The notes: generated by a model from the sequence alone, not told the origin. A stretch of DNA of 32,546 bases from Klebsormidium nitens (GCA_000708835.1 DF237770.1:1-32546), one strand, 5' to 3'. Shown: positions 1-9,163, counted from the first letter of the stretch. Numbers and translations are program-made.

Positions 1-3
1 CCG

Positions 4-339
4 ATGAAAACTGCCAAAAAGTTTGGTCAGCAGGAGTTCGAGTTGCCAAAAAGGCTCTCACACTACATCCAGCGCTCGATCGAGCTAGTTCCCAGGGCCT
101 ACTTTGTGACACTGCTGAGCGACCTTGGCCAGCCCATGGGCGATAATTATTGGACGCAATTCATTCGAGAGATTCCATTTTCCAAGGGCCGTCATCTCAC
201 AACCAATCACTTGAGGCACGTATTCGTAACCGACCGCTACGACAAAGACGCCTCTCTTTCAGATAGACAGTCCGTTGCTGGCCGAATGCTACACAGCGTG
301 TCGACTCAGATGCGAAGCTACGAAAGAAAGCGAAGCTAA
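4..339 (+). CDS. Tyrosine recombinase/integrase-like protein, C-terminal part (probably truncated by the window start)
   Basis: Contains TTNHLRHVFVT (HxLRH-like box) and AGRMLHSVSTQMRSY (LGH...Y-like box ending in the putative catalytic Tyr), with spacing typical of tyrosine recombinases. The frame is open to the window edge. Confidence 0.6.
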   Translation: MKTAKKFGQQEFELPKRLSHYIQRSIELVPRAYFVTLLSDLGQPMGDNYWTQFIREIPFSKGRHLTTNHLRHVFVTDRYDKDASLSDRQSVAGRMLHSVSTQMRSYERKRS

Positions 340-674
340 GCAACCTCGATCGACCCGTCGCTCACGAACCTCATCATGCTTTCTCCTCCCTCCTTCTTGT
401 CAAAGGTTTGAGGAGTCGTGATGGCAAACCCCGCCTCCAGCAATCTCTCGAGAGTGCGTTTCTGCGTCCTGCCTCCGGTCTGATACCTCTCATATGCTTG
501 TGCTAGAAGTATTGAGTCCTTCTTTCGTGCGTAATAGCGTCTGCCGGATCGTTTGTGGGCTTCAGGATCGCGGAAGTAGTTCCTTCTGGCTGTAAGGCAG
601 TGCCTGCACTCGCAAGTGAAGATCTCGTTGTCGTAAGTGTCTTTTAAAGGTTGGTCTGCGGTCGAAGACGACAT
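336..674 (-). CDS. Small basic hypothetical protein (112 aa, CxCxxC motif), virus-like orphan
   Basis: 3' part of the 336..1259 ORF, read from ATG 674 (MSSSTADQPL). It does not overlap the primase, is tail-to-tail with the recombinase (4-nt stop overlap) and is divergent from the primase. Confidence 0.5.
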   Translation of the reverse strand: MSSSTADQPLKDTYDNEIFTCECRHCLTARRNYFRDPEAHKRSGRRYYARKKDSILLAQAYERYQTGGRTQKRTLERLLEAGFAITTPQTFDKKEGGESMMRFVSDGSIEVA

Positions 675-770
675 CACTAATCTGCAGCTAGAAAATATTT
701 TCAGACATCGCCCGCGCCGCGTTTTTTCCTCGTGAAAATTTCCTTCCTCCATTGGAGAGAGAACCTCAGC

Positions 771-3496
771 ATGCAAGCCGCCAACACCCCTTGCTCTCTC
801 GAGCACACCATCGACGTGACTGCAATCGAGGCCCCAGAGGCTCTGCCCCCGGGGGAGGAGGATGCTGCGACCCACGGCGCCCGCGATATCAGGACGGCGC
901 CGTCCAACGTTTTGAGCATCAGAGATGAGATTCTGCGCCTTGCCGACCACGGACTGTATGGAATCCCTGTGCACATCAAGATCGATTCTCGTGGCAAGAA
1001 GCGGAGCCGATTCCCTCCCACCTACGCGCACATCGTCACCGTGGGCGATTGGGAGAAGTATATCGGCGCAGTGCTCGATGCATTTGAAAACCCCAACGGA
1101 GTGGCCATACTGACCGGTACAAGCGGTCTGTTTGTCATAGATATCGACGTGGGAGAGAGCGGCGATAAGAAGTCGGGGATGGAATTCTGGCACGGGCAAG
1201 TGGAGGAGCATGGGGAGCCTGAGAGTCTCTCCGTTCGCACGGGGTCTGGAGGGCTTCACTACTACTTTCGGCTCGATGAAACGACCGGCTTACATGACAC
1301 TGCCAACTTTGCTGGACTCACATTCGATATGCAAAAGTTTGGTGTCAATGCCCGCGGCACCGGAGGGGTGATTTTTGCACCCCCGAGCAGGTACGGGGAA
1401 GGCACGGATACATGTCGCGAGTACACGTGGGTGACCGGAGGCGATGGTAAGATCAACAGTATGCCCCCGTGGCTTGTGAGCTTGATCAACCGAGGGCGCG
1501 CCTCGGAAGGGGTCTCGAGGCATGCAAAAGGCCGAGTGTCTCATGATAAGGAAGTCGATCCTGAACAAATCACGCCAGAGGCCGTCGACGACGCAGAGGC
1601 TGGCGGGCCTGCAGCCAAGGCAGCTCCGGGCTCGGCACACGAGGAAGTGAAGCAATTGGTGAGGGAGAGAGGCAAGGATTGCCATTCATATTATACTGGC
1701 TTAACAGTCCTACCGGACGGCAACAGATCCTTTCAGTTCAGGGTCAAGGGGTCGCGCCAATGCTACCTGGGAAAAACGCACAGAGGGTCCAATAATTTCA
1801 CGGTGATTCAAGGGTGCACCGGTGATTTCCAGGAGTTGTATTACAATTGCTTCGGGTCCGGTTGCTATGGGAGCAAGCCGAAGCTGCTGGGACGTCTCAC
1901 GATAGCCGGTGCTCTTGAGCAAGCTGGGGGTGGTGCTTTTGGACCCAAGGACCATCAGCCGTCGAGCCTCACTAAGCTGGCCGCTAGGTTCTCCGACCCG
2001 TTCATGCTGTCAAACGTGAGTAAGAGCGATTTTGGTAGTGCTTTGATATTCAGCAAACTTTTCGAGCATGACAGGCGGGTGGTGTACGACTCAGGGAGAT
2101 TCTGGACGTGGGATGCGACGAGTTGGGTGCCGTCCGATACGGAAGCAGCTCTGCTGAAGACCTCGTTTATGTACCACATGGGACGAGTCAAATCGTTTTG
2201 GTGCGATCGGCTGGAATGCGCTGTTGCCGAAAAGGTTCAGCCGTTGACGACTCGCAGAGACAATGCTCTGAACGAACTGCAGTCCCGGGCCTCGGAGAGT
2301 GCGGACGAAGAGCGAGAAGGGCGTCTTGAAGGGCATTCAAAAGGCGGAGAAGGCTATCATGGCAGACTTCGACATGGAGATGAAGAAGATACCCGAACCG
2401 GTGTGGCGTGGGGCAGCGGTCGAGTCTGTTCCCATCGCTCAAAGGTGTCTCATTCCTTTGAAAGTGAATCTACGAGTGCGGGATTTTGCAAGCTCGCTGA
2501 ATGCTAATCCGCGACTATCTGAACACCACATGCGGCTCGATCGACCTCCGAACGGGGGAGCTGTATGCTCACCATCCGAGCAACATGCTCTCGAAGGAGA
2601 TTTGTACCCTTTATGAGGGTGCAAGTTATCCATCACCGCTCATCGACCAATTCATGGCTGAGGTGCTGTCCGAGGACATAGTCCCCGTTATGCAAATGAC
2701 GCTTGGGTATGGCATCACAGGCCACAGCAAGGAAAAGCAATTCATCGTCATGCATGGCCCAACGAACAGCGCAAAGACAAAACTCGTCACCATGGTCCGA
2801 GAGTGTACCGGACCGTACTGCGTTTCGATGGCCCGCGACTGCGTCATTGGCGCAGGTCAGCACTCAGAAGGGGCCGCCACGCCGCACCTTCTTATGCTCG
2901 ATGGAGCGCATATTGCAGTCCTCGAAGAGACTGAGGACTCGGATATTTACAATGGAGCATCGGTGAAGGCGATCGCGTCCGGCGATGGGAGCATGACGGT
3001 AAGGGGGTTGCACAAGGACCCCGTCGAGGTCACCATGAGGTGTTTGCCGATCATATGCACCAACTCATCGCCAAAGTTCAACGCAGGAGATACGGGCACC
3101 CTCAATAAGCTGAGGATTTTCCCGTTTGAGCACGAATTCGTTGAGAATCCGAGGCCTGGAACCAACCAGAGATTACGAGACACCGATCTCATGGATAAGA
3201 TCAAAAGCCCCGAATGGAGGAAGCAGATGCTGGCTTGGTTGGTGCGTGGCAGCATGATGTGGTACGAGCGGGGCACTCTACCGACGGTCGAAGAGTTGCC
3301 TGCGGCCATGGGCAAGGCGCTCGAGAGCTATTCGAATGACAACGACCACTTTGGGAACTTCATCCAGGACAGGTGCATCGTACAATGGCAAGCTGTTTAC
3401 TGGAGTTCGTGTCAGCACGTTGGGCCGGGTGGAATCAGATGTGTCGAGGCGAAGTGCAGGGGCGATTGTACACAAGAGGTGCTATTTTCATGGTAG
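771..3496 (+). pseudogene. Bifunctional Prim-Pol / Zn-finger / D5-like SF3 primase-helicase with at least 2 frameshifts and a lost C-terminus
   Basis: Prim-Pol motifs NGVAILTG, FVIDIDV, RTGSGGLHYYF and RGTGGVIFAPPS. Candidate Zn ligands C..H..CxxxxC. D5_N-like SDFGSALIF..FWTWD. Frameshift near 2310 into KGVLKGIQKAEK..., then near 2510 where LNANP|DYLNTTCGSIDLRTGEL restores the D5 motif. Walker A is GPTNSAKT (G replaced by A), Walker B is VLEE, motif C is ICTN. Confidence 0.88.
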
Positions 3497-3850
3497 AGTT
3501 GAGGACGAGAAGAAATCTCTCTCTGTGCGCGTTGTGATGGGACACACATTCTTTGAGCCACATCCGAGCGCCGGACACAGATCGACACTGTTGACCACAT
3601 CAACAGAGATAGCATGGACAACCGGCTTATGAATTTAAGGTGGTCCACACCGACATAGCAGAATCTGAACAGGGGGAATGTCCGCCCAGTCGAGAAGCTC
3701 AATGTGGAGGGACGTGTCCTGTGTTTGTATGGGTCGCTTGCAGAGGCTGCTGAGGCAATCGTGAGGCCGGTTACCGCGATTTATTCAATAAAGCGTGGAA
3801 AATTCATGCAAGGATTCAGGTGGCAAAATCTTGCCAAAGTACCATGCGGG
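3381..3850 (+). pseudogene. HNH homing endonuclease (NUMOD4 - HNH - NUMOD1), frameshifted with an internal stop
   Basis: VRVSTLGRVES (NUMOD4-like) and VRVVMGHTFFEPHP lie in the 3336 frame. After a shift near 3575, TVDHINRDSMDNRLMNLRWSTPT* (TAG 3656-3658) gives the HNH motif. It continues in frame as RPVEKLNVEGRVLCLYGSLAEAA...GFRW (NUMOD1-like). Confidence 0.75.
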
Positions 3851-5185
3851 ACAACATCGTTGCTCTACGTGAAACTTGCAAGGCTTTTGGACTCCGATAA
3901 TAAGCTCACATCTCTCGGACCTTCAAGTAGCCCACTGTTCATGTCCATAAGCGGTCATTCATCACTTGCTGCTCCATGGTGCGAGCGGAAGCATACTTCA
4001 TCTATGTTATTCATACAAACCCATGCTACACAAAATTTAGTGTGATGGCCACAAAGATGGCAACACATACTTTTTAGATTGTCTCTCATCAGCCCGAACA
4101 GCCAACGCAGACCTCGTCGTTGCAAATCACTGCCATCTCGTCTTTGTCCTGCCCGTCATCCTCGCCTTTCTCCTTCTGCTTATCCTTCTTTCCCTTCTTC
4201 AGAGGCGCCGTCACCGCAGTCGGGACCGTCGAAGGATTTGTACGAAGATAGTACAAACTGGTCTTTAGTCCCTTCTTGTGCCCGTAGACGAGCGCAGAGG
4301 ACAAGGCCCCAGGGGTGGGTTTCGGCCAAAAGAGGTTCATGGACTGGGACTGATCGATGAAGATTCCGCGGTCTGCCGCGAGGTCAATTACGACCCGCTG
4401 CTTTATCTGCCATACCGTCTTATACAGCTCCTTCAGATCGTCCGGGATCTCGGGGATGGCCTGAATGGAGCCCCGATTCGCCATGATCTGGTCCTTCATA
4501 TGATCATTCCACAGGCCCAGCCTGACGAGGTCCGCCATGAGGTGGTTGTTTGCCACCACAAACTCCCCTGCGAGAGTACGTCGCACGTACAGGTTGCTGC
4601 TCAACGCCTCTGCCGCCTCGACGTTCCCAAGGAGGTGACCGGTAGACGCGGTGGGCATCACACACGTAAGCAAACTATTGCGCATGCCCGACTTCTTCAC
4701 GCGCTCCTTAAGGCCGGCCCAATCGTAGCCCATCTCGGCTGGCTTCTTCTCCCACAGGTCAAACTGCAGCAGCCCCTTGGACGAGGGAGATCCCTGGAAG
4801 GTCTCATACGCGCCCTTCTCCTCAGCGAGCTCGACGGACGCCTCGACCGCCGCGTAGTAGATGCTCTGGAAGATGGCGCTGTTGAGCGCCCTGGCCCCCG
4901 GGCTGCTGAAGGGCAGCCGGAGCATCATGAAGACGTCCGCCAGCCCCTGCACGCCGAGGCCCAGGGGACGGTGGCGCATATTCGAGCGCTTGGCCTCGGG
5001 AGTCGGGTAGAAGCTCCGGTCGATGCTCAGGTCCAAGTTCCTGATTACCACCTTTGTCACCTCCCGAAGTTTGCGCATGTCAAAGGTCGGCTTGTTCTCA
5101 TCGTCGAGAGCGACAAACTGGGGAAGCGACAGGGACGCCAGGGTGCAGACCGCCGTCTCGTCCTTGGAGGTAAACTCCGTGATCT

Positions 5186-5448
5186 CTGTAAGCAGAGGAG
5201 ACAGAGATGGAAGTGGAACTCGAACTGGCTCTGGCCACGAGCCTCTTGTTGCTGACCCTCATAATAGGAACATGCTGCTGCTATGCCACAAAGATGAAAC
5301 AGGAACGACTCCTTCGGACGCCCGACCAACAATCTGCAAAGCTGACTTGCATGGCAGACACACTGAATCGTCACTCATCACATATCAGTAGCTTACGTAG
5401 TCCGAGCACATATCATGACGCGTCTTCCGATTTCCCCACGCCCCTCAC
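5186..5448 (-). other. Spliceosomal intron 2 of RNR (263 bp, phase 1, inside the catalytic Glu codon)
   Basis: Donor GCAG|GTGAGG at 5448, polypyrimidine tract CATCTCTGTCTCCTCTGCTTACAG| ending at 5186. Removal gives NLCAEI (G|AG = Glu). Confidence 0.92.
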
Positions 5449-5464
5449 CTGCGCAGAGGTTTGA
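5207..5464 (+). CDS. Intron-nested antisense 85-aa ORF with one transmembrane-like helix and a Cys cluster
   Basis: ATG lies ~20 nt inside intron 2. [21 protein letters not shown] is followed by basic [10 protein letters not shown]. The ORF ends 16 nt into the upstream exon. Confidence 0.35.
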   Translation: MEVELELALATSLLLLTLIIGTCCCYATKMKQERLLRTPDQQSAKLTCMADTLNRHSSHISSLRSPSTYHDASSDFPTPLTCAEV

Positions 5465-5875
5465 GCTCTTTATGGTACCAAGATGCTTTTGGTTGCTCTT
5501 GCGGTTGACGGCGTCCTTGTACAGCACGTAAGGCGTCCCTCCCTCCACTTGCGCGGTGAGCATGGCGCTCCAGAGCGCTTTCGCCCGAACCACCTTGCTC
5601 GCGAGTCCGGGTGTCGCCTCGTACCTCTCGTACAGCTCCTCAAACTCCTCCCCGTAGCAGTCCGGGAGACCCCTCGCCTTGTCCGGGTCAAAGAGAGACC
5701 ACGTGCCGTCAGACTCGACGCGCTTGATGAACAGGTCCGGGACCCAGAGAGCCGTGAACAGGTCCCTGCACCTCACCTCCTCGTTGCCAGAGTTCTTGCG
5801 TAGCTCCAGGAACTCGAAGACGTCGGCGTGCCAGGGCTCGAGGTAGATCGCGATCGAACCCTTCCTCTTCCCTCC

Positions 5876-6365
5876 CTGCATTATAAATCACGAAGTCTTA
5901 TCAAACCGCCAGAAATCAAAGCAATGGGACCGCTGCATTCCAGGGGGCTTGATGACCTCTCGTGACACCTCCGGCGGAGGTCTGAGGGCGTGTTTGATGA
6001 CCGCGAAGCTGTGTGTCCTGCAGTCATTGAAGAGGAACCAGTACCTCCGAGGCCTGCTCCTGGAATAGCGGGCCAGACTCTCTACGGTGTGATCGAGATG
6101 CGCCTTGAAGCTGACTTCAAAGGAGGGATTCGGGTCGCTCAGCGACTTCAGCCCGATCAAAGAAACGATGTGTGGGTCCGTATTGGTGGGGTCCATCTCA
6201 GGAAAGTGCTCCATCACCATGGTTTCGCGCCCGTCCTTGCTCTTTGCTTGCAGCGACAGGTGATACAGGATCGGTATCAGCTTGAAACGGTGCAGCCGGA
6301 GCGTCAGATCGACAGTCATCGTTTGCAGATATGGGAACAAATAATGATGGACCAAAAATACTTAC
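5876..6365 (-). other. Spliceosomal intron 1 of RNR (490 bp, phase 0)
   Basis: Donor CAG|GTAAGT at 6365 and acceptor TTTATAATGCAG| at 5876. Removal joins YVNQ to GGKRKG in frame, matching the conserved RNR loop-2 motif. Confidence 0.92.
5888..6319 (-). CDS. Intron-nested 143-aa protein; candidate permuted papain-like (PPPDE/LRAT-type) thiol peptidase
   Basis: ATG lies 46 nt after the donor and the TGA ends 11 nt before the intron end. N-terminal LYHLSL (His) and C-terminal YWFLFNDCRTHS resemble the H...Y-x3-N-C arrangement of permuted NlpC/P60 enzymes. The family call is from motif recognition only. Confidence 0.5.
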   Translation of the reverse strand: MTVDLTLRLHRFKLIPILYHLSLQAKSKDGRETMVMEHFPEMDPTNTDPHIVSLIGLKSLSDPNPSFEVSFKAHLDHTVESLARYSRSRPRRYWFLFNDCRTHSFAVIKHALRPPPEVSREVIKPPGMQRSHCFDFWRFDKTS

Positions 6366-7382
6366 CTGATTGACGTAGCGAGCCAACGCATCAAAGTTCC
6401 TCAGCATCGGCACGAGCCCTGTTGCCTTCCCGTTGGTCCCCCTGATGGTTGCACCGTCTGAACGGATGGAATGCACGTGGACGCCCAGGCCTCCACCCCA
6501 CTTGCTGATGAGTGCGCAGTTCTTGAGCGTGTCGAAAATCCCCTCGATCGAGTCCCCATGCCCAGCAAGAAGCAGGAGTTGTTCTGCTGGTGGTTCGTGC
6601 CCGCGTTGAAGAGCGTCGGCGAAGCGTGCGTGAAGTAGCCGCAGGACAGGAGGTTGTAGGACTCCAGGGTGCGAGCAATTGAATTCGGCGACGAGCCGTC
6701 GGCATCAGGGCCGTGCAGAGACAGGGCGACCCTCATCCACATGTGCTGCGGCCTTTCTGCCGGCTCCCCGTCCTTGGTGAGGAGATACCCCCTGATCAGG
6801 GTCTTGGCCGCAAAGTAGTCGAAGGAGTAGCTTCTGGCGTGGTCCGTGGCGTTTTCCAGCACCTCGCAGAGGCCGTCGTCGCTCATGATGCGCTCGTAGA
6901 GCACTTTGTCCCACCTCTCGGGGCCGAGGAGCCTGACGGACTCTCGCAGGGTGGCGGGGGTCGACTTGTGCAGGTTCGAGATCACGATGCGCGCAGCCAG
7001 GATGCCGTACTCAGGGTGAAGCGTTTTGAGGCTTTCCGAAACTTCTGACGTCAGGACGTCGATCTCCTCTGTCGTGACCCCTTCGTAGAGGGAGACGCTG
7101 ACCCTCTGCACGATCTTCACGGGGTCAGCGTTGAGCAGCGGGGCCCCAGTGACCTGAGCGCTCCGATCCCTGAGCATTTTGGACTGCTTGAAGTGGCCAT
7201 AGGCGGGGCGCTTGGAGTAAGGCTCGTGCACTTTCTTGCAGAGGGCCTCAAGGCGCTGCGTGATCTTGTCGAACCGGACCTTCTCCCGACTTCCGTTGCG
7301 CTTGGTGACCTCCATTGTCACTTTTTCTGATGCAATCTCTCCATTTCTGAGGCTTTATACACCCTGCCACGTCAGCACCGTC

Positions 7383-7720
7383 GGCACTTCTGGCACTGCT
7401 GGCACTGTTGGCGCACTGCTGGCACTGTCGGCACTTCTGGCACTGCTGGCACTGTTGGCGCACTGCTGGCACTGTTGGCACTGCTGGCACTGCTGGCACT
7501 GTACACGCAACGTGGCACCCTGTTACTCACGGCACCACCTGTAACCTGCGGCACCAGATATGGCACCACTTGCCCTGTGGCACCACTTGACCGGTGGCAC
7601 TACTTGACTCTTGACCAGCAGCACACCTGTGGCACCACTTGACATGTGGCACTCAGTAGAGGCACTGGTTGCACCAATTGCCATCGTTATGGCACCAATC
7701 GTTATGGCACCAATTGCCAA
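7383..7720 (+). repeat. Degenerate GGCAC-core repeat field between divergent RNR and F-box/XPA-like genes
   Basis: 22 same-strand GGCAC copies by manual count. 9-mer tandem units (GGCACTGCT/GGCACTGTT/GGCACTTCT) grade into GTGGCACCACTTG and ATCGTTATGGCACCA units. Confidence 0.9.
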
Positions 7721-7780
7721 TCGTATAAAGCCTTCTCCTCACCCCTTTATTTCATTTCCAGACAACACGCCTTTTCAAAC

Positions 7781-8266
7781 ATGAAAGACTTTGTTTCTTT
7801 TATTGACGTCCTCGAGCCCCTCACCTTTTTCCACCCTGCTGTCTTGCTGTACATCGGGGGTCTTTCAAGAGTGTTCAGAGAGGCAGCAAGTGAGCTCTGG
7901 CGGCAAAGACACGATGCTTTCTGCAGGGGAGACTTTGTTCGTGGCAGGGCGTTTACCAGACCACCTGCAAAGCAACTTGGAAAGCGAAAGAGGTGTCAGG
8001 GGTGTGGTGAAAGACTGGCTTTGCAATGGCCGTTCGACCCAGCCTTGCGTGTTTGTAACGAGTGCACCAAGCGGATGCCAGAATTCAGGCTGATCAGTGC
8101 AACTGAAGCCTCTACTCGATTTCGGCTGGACGTGTCTGAACTTTGGAGGATCGATCAGTATCACGCCAGCAAAACCCACGTGATAGACGGGGAACCTTTC
8201 CTGGCTGGCAGAGTCATGTTTAGGAGGGACGACGTGCTTCTGCTGACCATGGACAAGTACGGGTAA
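7781..8266 (+). CDS. F-box-like N-terminus plus XPA-like Zn-finger/winged-helix protein (161 aa)
   Basis: LLYIGGLSRVFREAASELW (F-box-like), CQGC...VCNEC, then FRLISATEASTRFRLDVSEL, which resembles the XPA minimal DNA-binding domain (LITKTEAK..YLL..DL). ATG at 7781 follows an AT-rich leader. Confidence 0.55.
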   Translation: MKDFVSFIDVLEPLTFFHPAVLLYIGGLSRVFREAASELWRQRHDAFCRGDFVRGRAFTRPPAKQLGKRKRCQGCGERLALQWPFDPALRVCNECTKRMPEFRLISATEASTRFRLDVSELWRIDQYHASKTHVIDGEPFLAGRVMFRRDDVLLLTMDKYG

Positions 8267-8468
8267 GCCTGACTTACGGGAAAGTGATTGCCTCTATACC
8301 AACCTAGGAGCCACTTTCAAATGCCTTGTGCTTCTACTTATACAAGACAAGTGATTACAAATGATTCTTCCCAGCATGCTCTGCGCATATACACGGATAA
8401 CAAGCAATTTTCAAAAGGTCTGGTCAGATTAAAAATGCAGAGTTAGCCAACATAGGAACAGCTTTCAA

Positions 8469-8807
8469 ATGCCTTGCGCTTCTGTTCATCCGTGTGGTGC
8501 GGTCGATTACAACGATACTTTTGTATTCCCACTTGGTATGTCTCAGATTTTCCTACTTGCCTTGCTTGCAAGGGGACCACGCGGTATGGCAGCAGTGATG
8601 GGGGGTAGAGCGGAGAAGAAGCGGTTGAGGGCTGCAGCGCACCTGTCAAAAAAGGTACAACTTTTAAAAGAGGAGCTGGGCAGGTATGGTAGAAAGGAGG
8701 AGGAGGTTCGAGCAGCAGTGGAGACTCTTCTGATTACAAGCAAGCCAAGGATTCCAATGGCAGCCCTTTCATATGCCACACAGCATTGGAGACAAAGCAT
8801 CACTTAG
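8469..8807 (+). CDS. Hypothetical protein, charged coiled-coil-like
   Basis: 112-aa ORF with KKVQLLKEELGRYGRKEEEVRAAVETL and no recognisable family. Confidence 0.3.
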   Translation: MPCASVHPCGAVDYNDTFVFPLGMSQIFLLALLARGPRGMAAVMGGRAEKKRLRAAAHLSKKVQLLKEELGRYGRKEEEVRAAVETLLITSKPRIPMAALSYATQHWRQSIT

Positions 8808-8828
8808 GAACTTGTGTATATTTGGGTT

Positions 8829-9145
8829 CGAGGGGCCGTGGAGGGCGGTCCTCCGCCCCTCTGTGGCTTTCCGAAATAGGGGAGACCTAACGTACATACA
8901 TTTTCTTAACCAAGCTACCATCAGGAAACTTTGTACTACTCTACTGTTATAATTTACTCACACGTCTCCCGGTACGCGAGTGCACACTTAGGGACTCGAG
9001 TTCCTCCACTTGAGCCGAGGCCGCGGAGGGTGGTCCGCCCTCTGCGGCTTTCCGAAATAGCCGAGACCGCATGTACATACATTTTCTCCAACCGGGCTGC
9101 CATCCGGAAACTTTGTACTACTCTATTGTTATAATTTTCCCACAC
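8829..9145. repeat. Two ~130-bp direct repeats (period ~185 bp), each starting with a GC-rich hairpin
   Basis: Copies at ~8829-8963 and ~9016-9145 share ...GGCTTTCCGAAATAG..GAGACC..GTACATACATTTTCT..GGAAACTTTGTACTACTCT... Hairpins lie at 8835-8867 and 9020-9048. Confidence 0.9.
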
Positions 9146-9163
9146 AGTTCGTGTGAAATATTT

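Larger units (their letters stand above)
4089..7315 (-). pseudogene. RNR1: Class I ribonucleotide reductase large subunit; 3 exons (7315-6366, 5875-5449, 5185-4089) with a 1-nt deletion near 6556
   Basis: ATP cone MEVTKRNGSREKVRFDKI and SCFLL are present. ...GMG(-1)DSIEGIFDTLK is restored by one frameshift. Splicing gives YVNQ|GGKRKGS and SSNLCA|EITEF, followed by AVCTLASL, RPLGLGVQGLAD, MPTAST, DQSQS, YYLRT and a C-terminal CVGC redox pair. Confidence 0.95.

Noticed and set aside
691-702. Palindrome GAAAATATTTTC in the divergent promoter region
   Set aside because: A single AT-only 12-mer with no second copy found; insufficient support for function.
336-1259. 307-aa minus-strand ORF as one gene
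   Set aside because: The 5' two-thirds is antisense to the conserved Prim-Pol; only the part from ATG 674 is plausible.
4021-4048. Possible hairpin terminator between the convergent HNH and RNR genes
   Set aside because: The stem is short and bulged and could arise by chance.
4278-5255. 325-aa plus-strand ORF and other long ORFs antisense to RNR or the helicase (for example 5483-5803, 6713-7048, 10397-10843)
   Set aside because: Shadow ORFs caused by GC3-rich codon usage on the coding strand.
5186-6365. RNR insertions as group I/II introns or inteins
   Set aside because: They have canonical GT-AG ends and a polypyrimidine tract, no LAGLIDADG/HNH/RT or intein C...HN motifs, and they are not in frame with RNR.
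7236-7720. Cys/His/Trp-rich ORFs (HCWHCW, CQQC) as metal-binding peptides
   Set aside because: They are translations of the GGCAC repeat in several frames.
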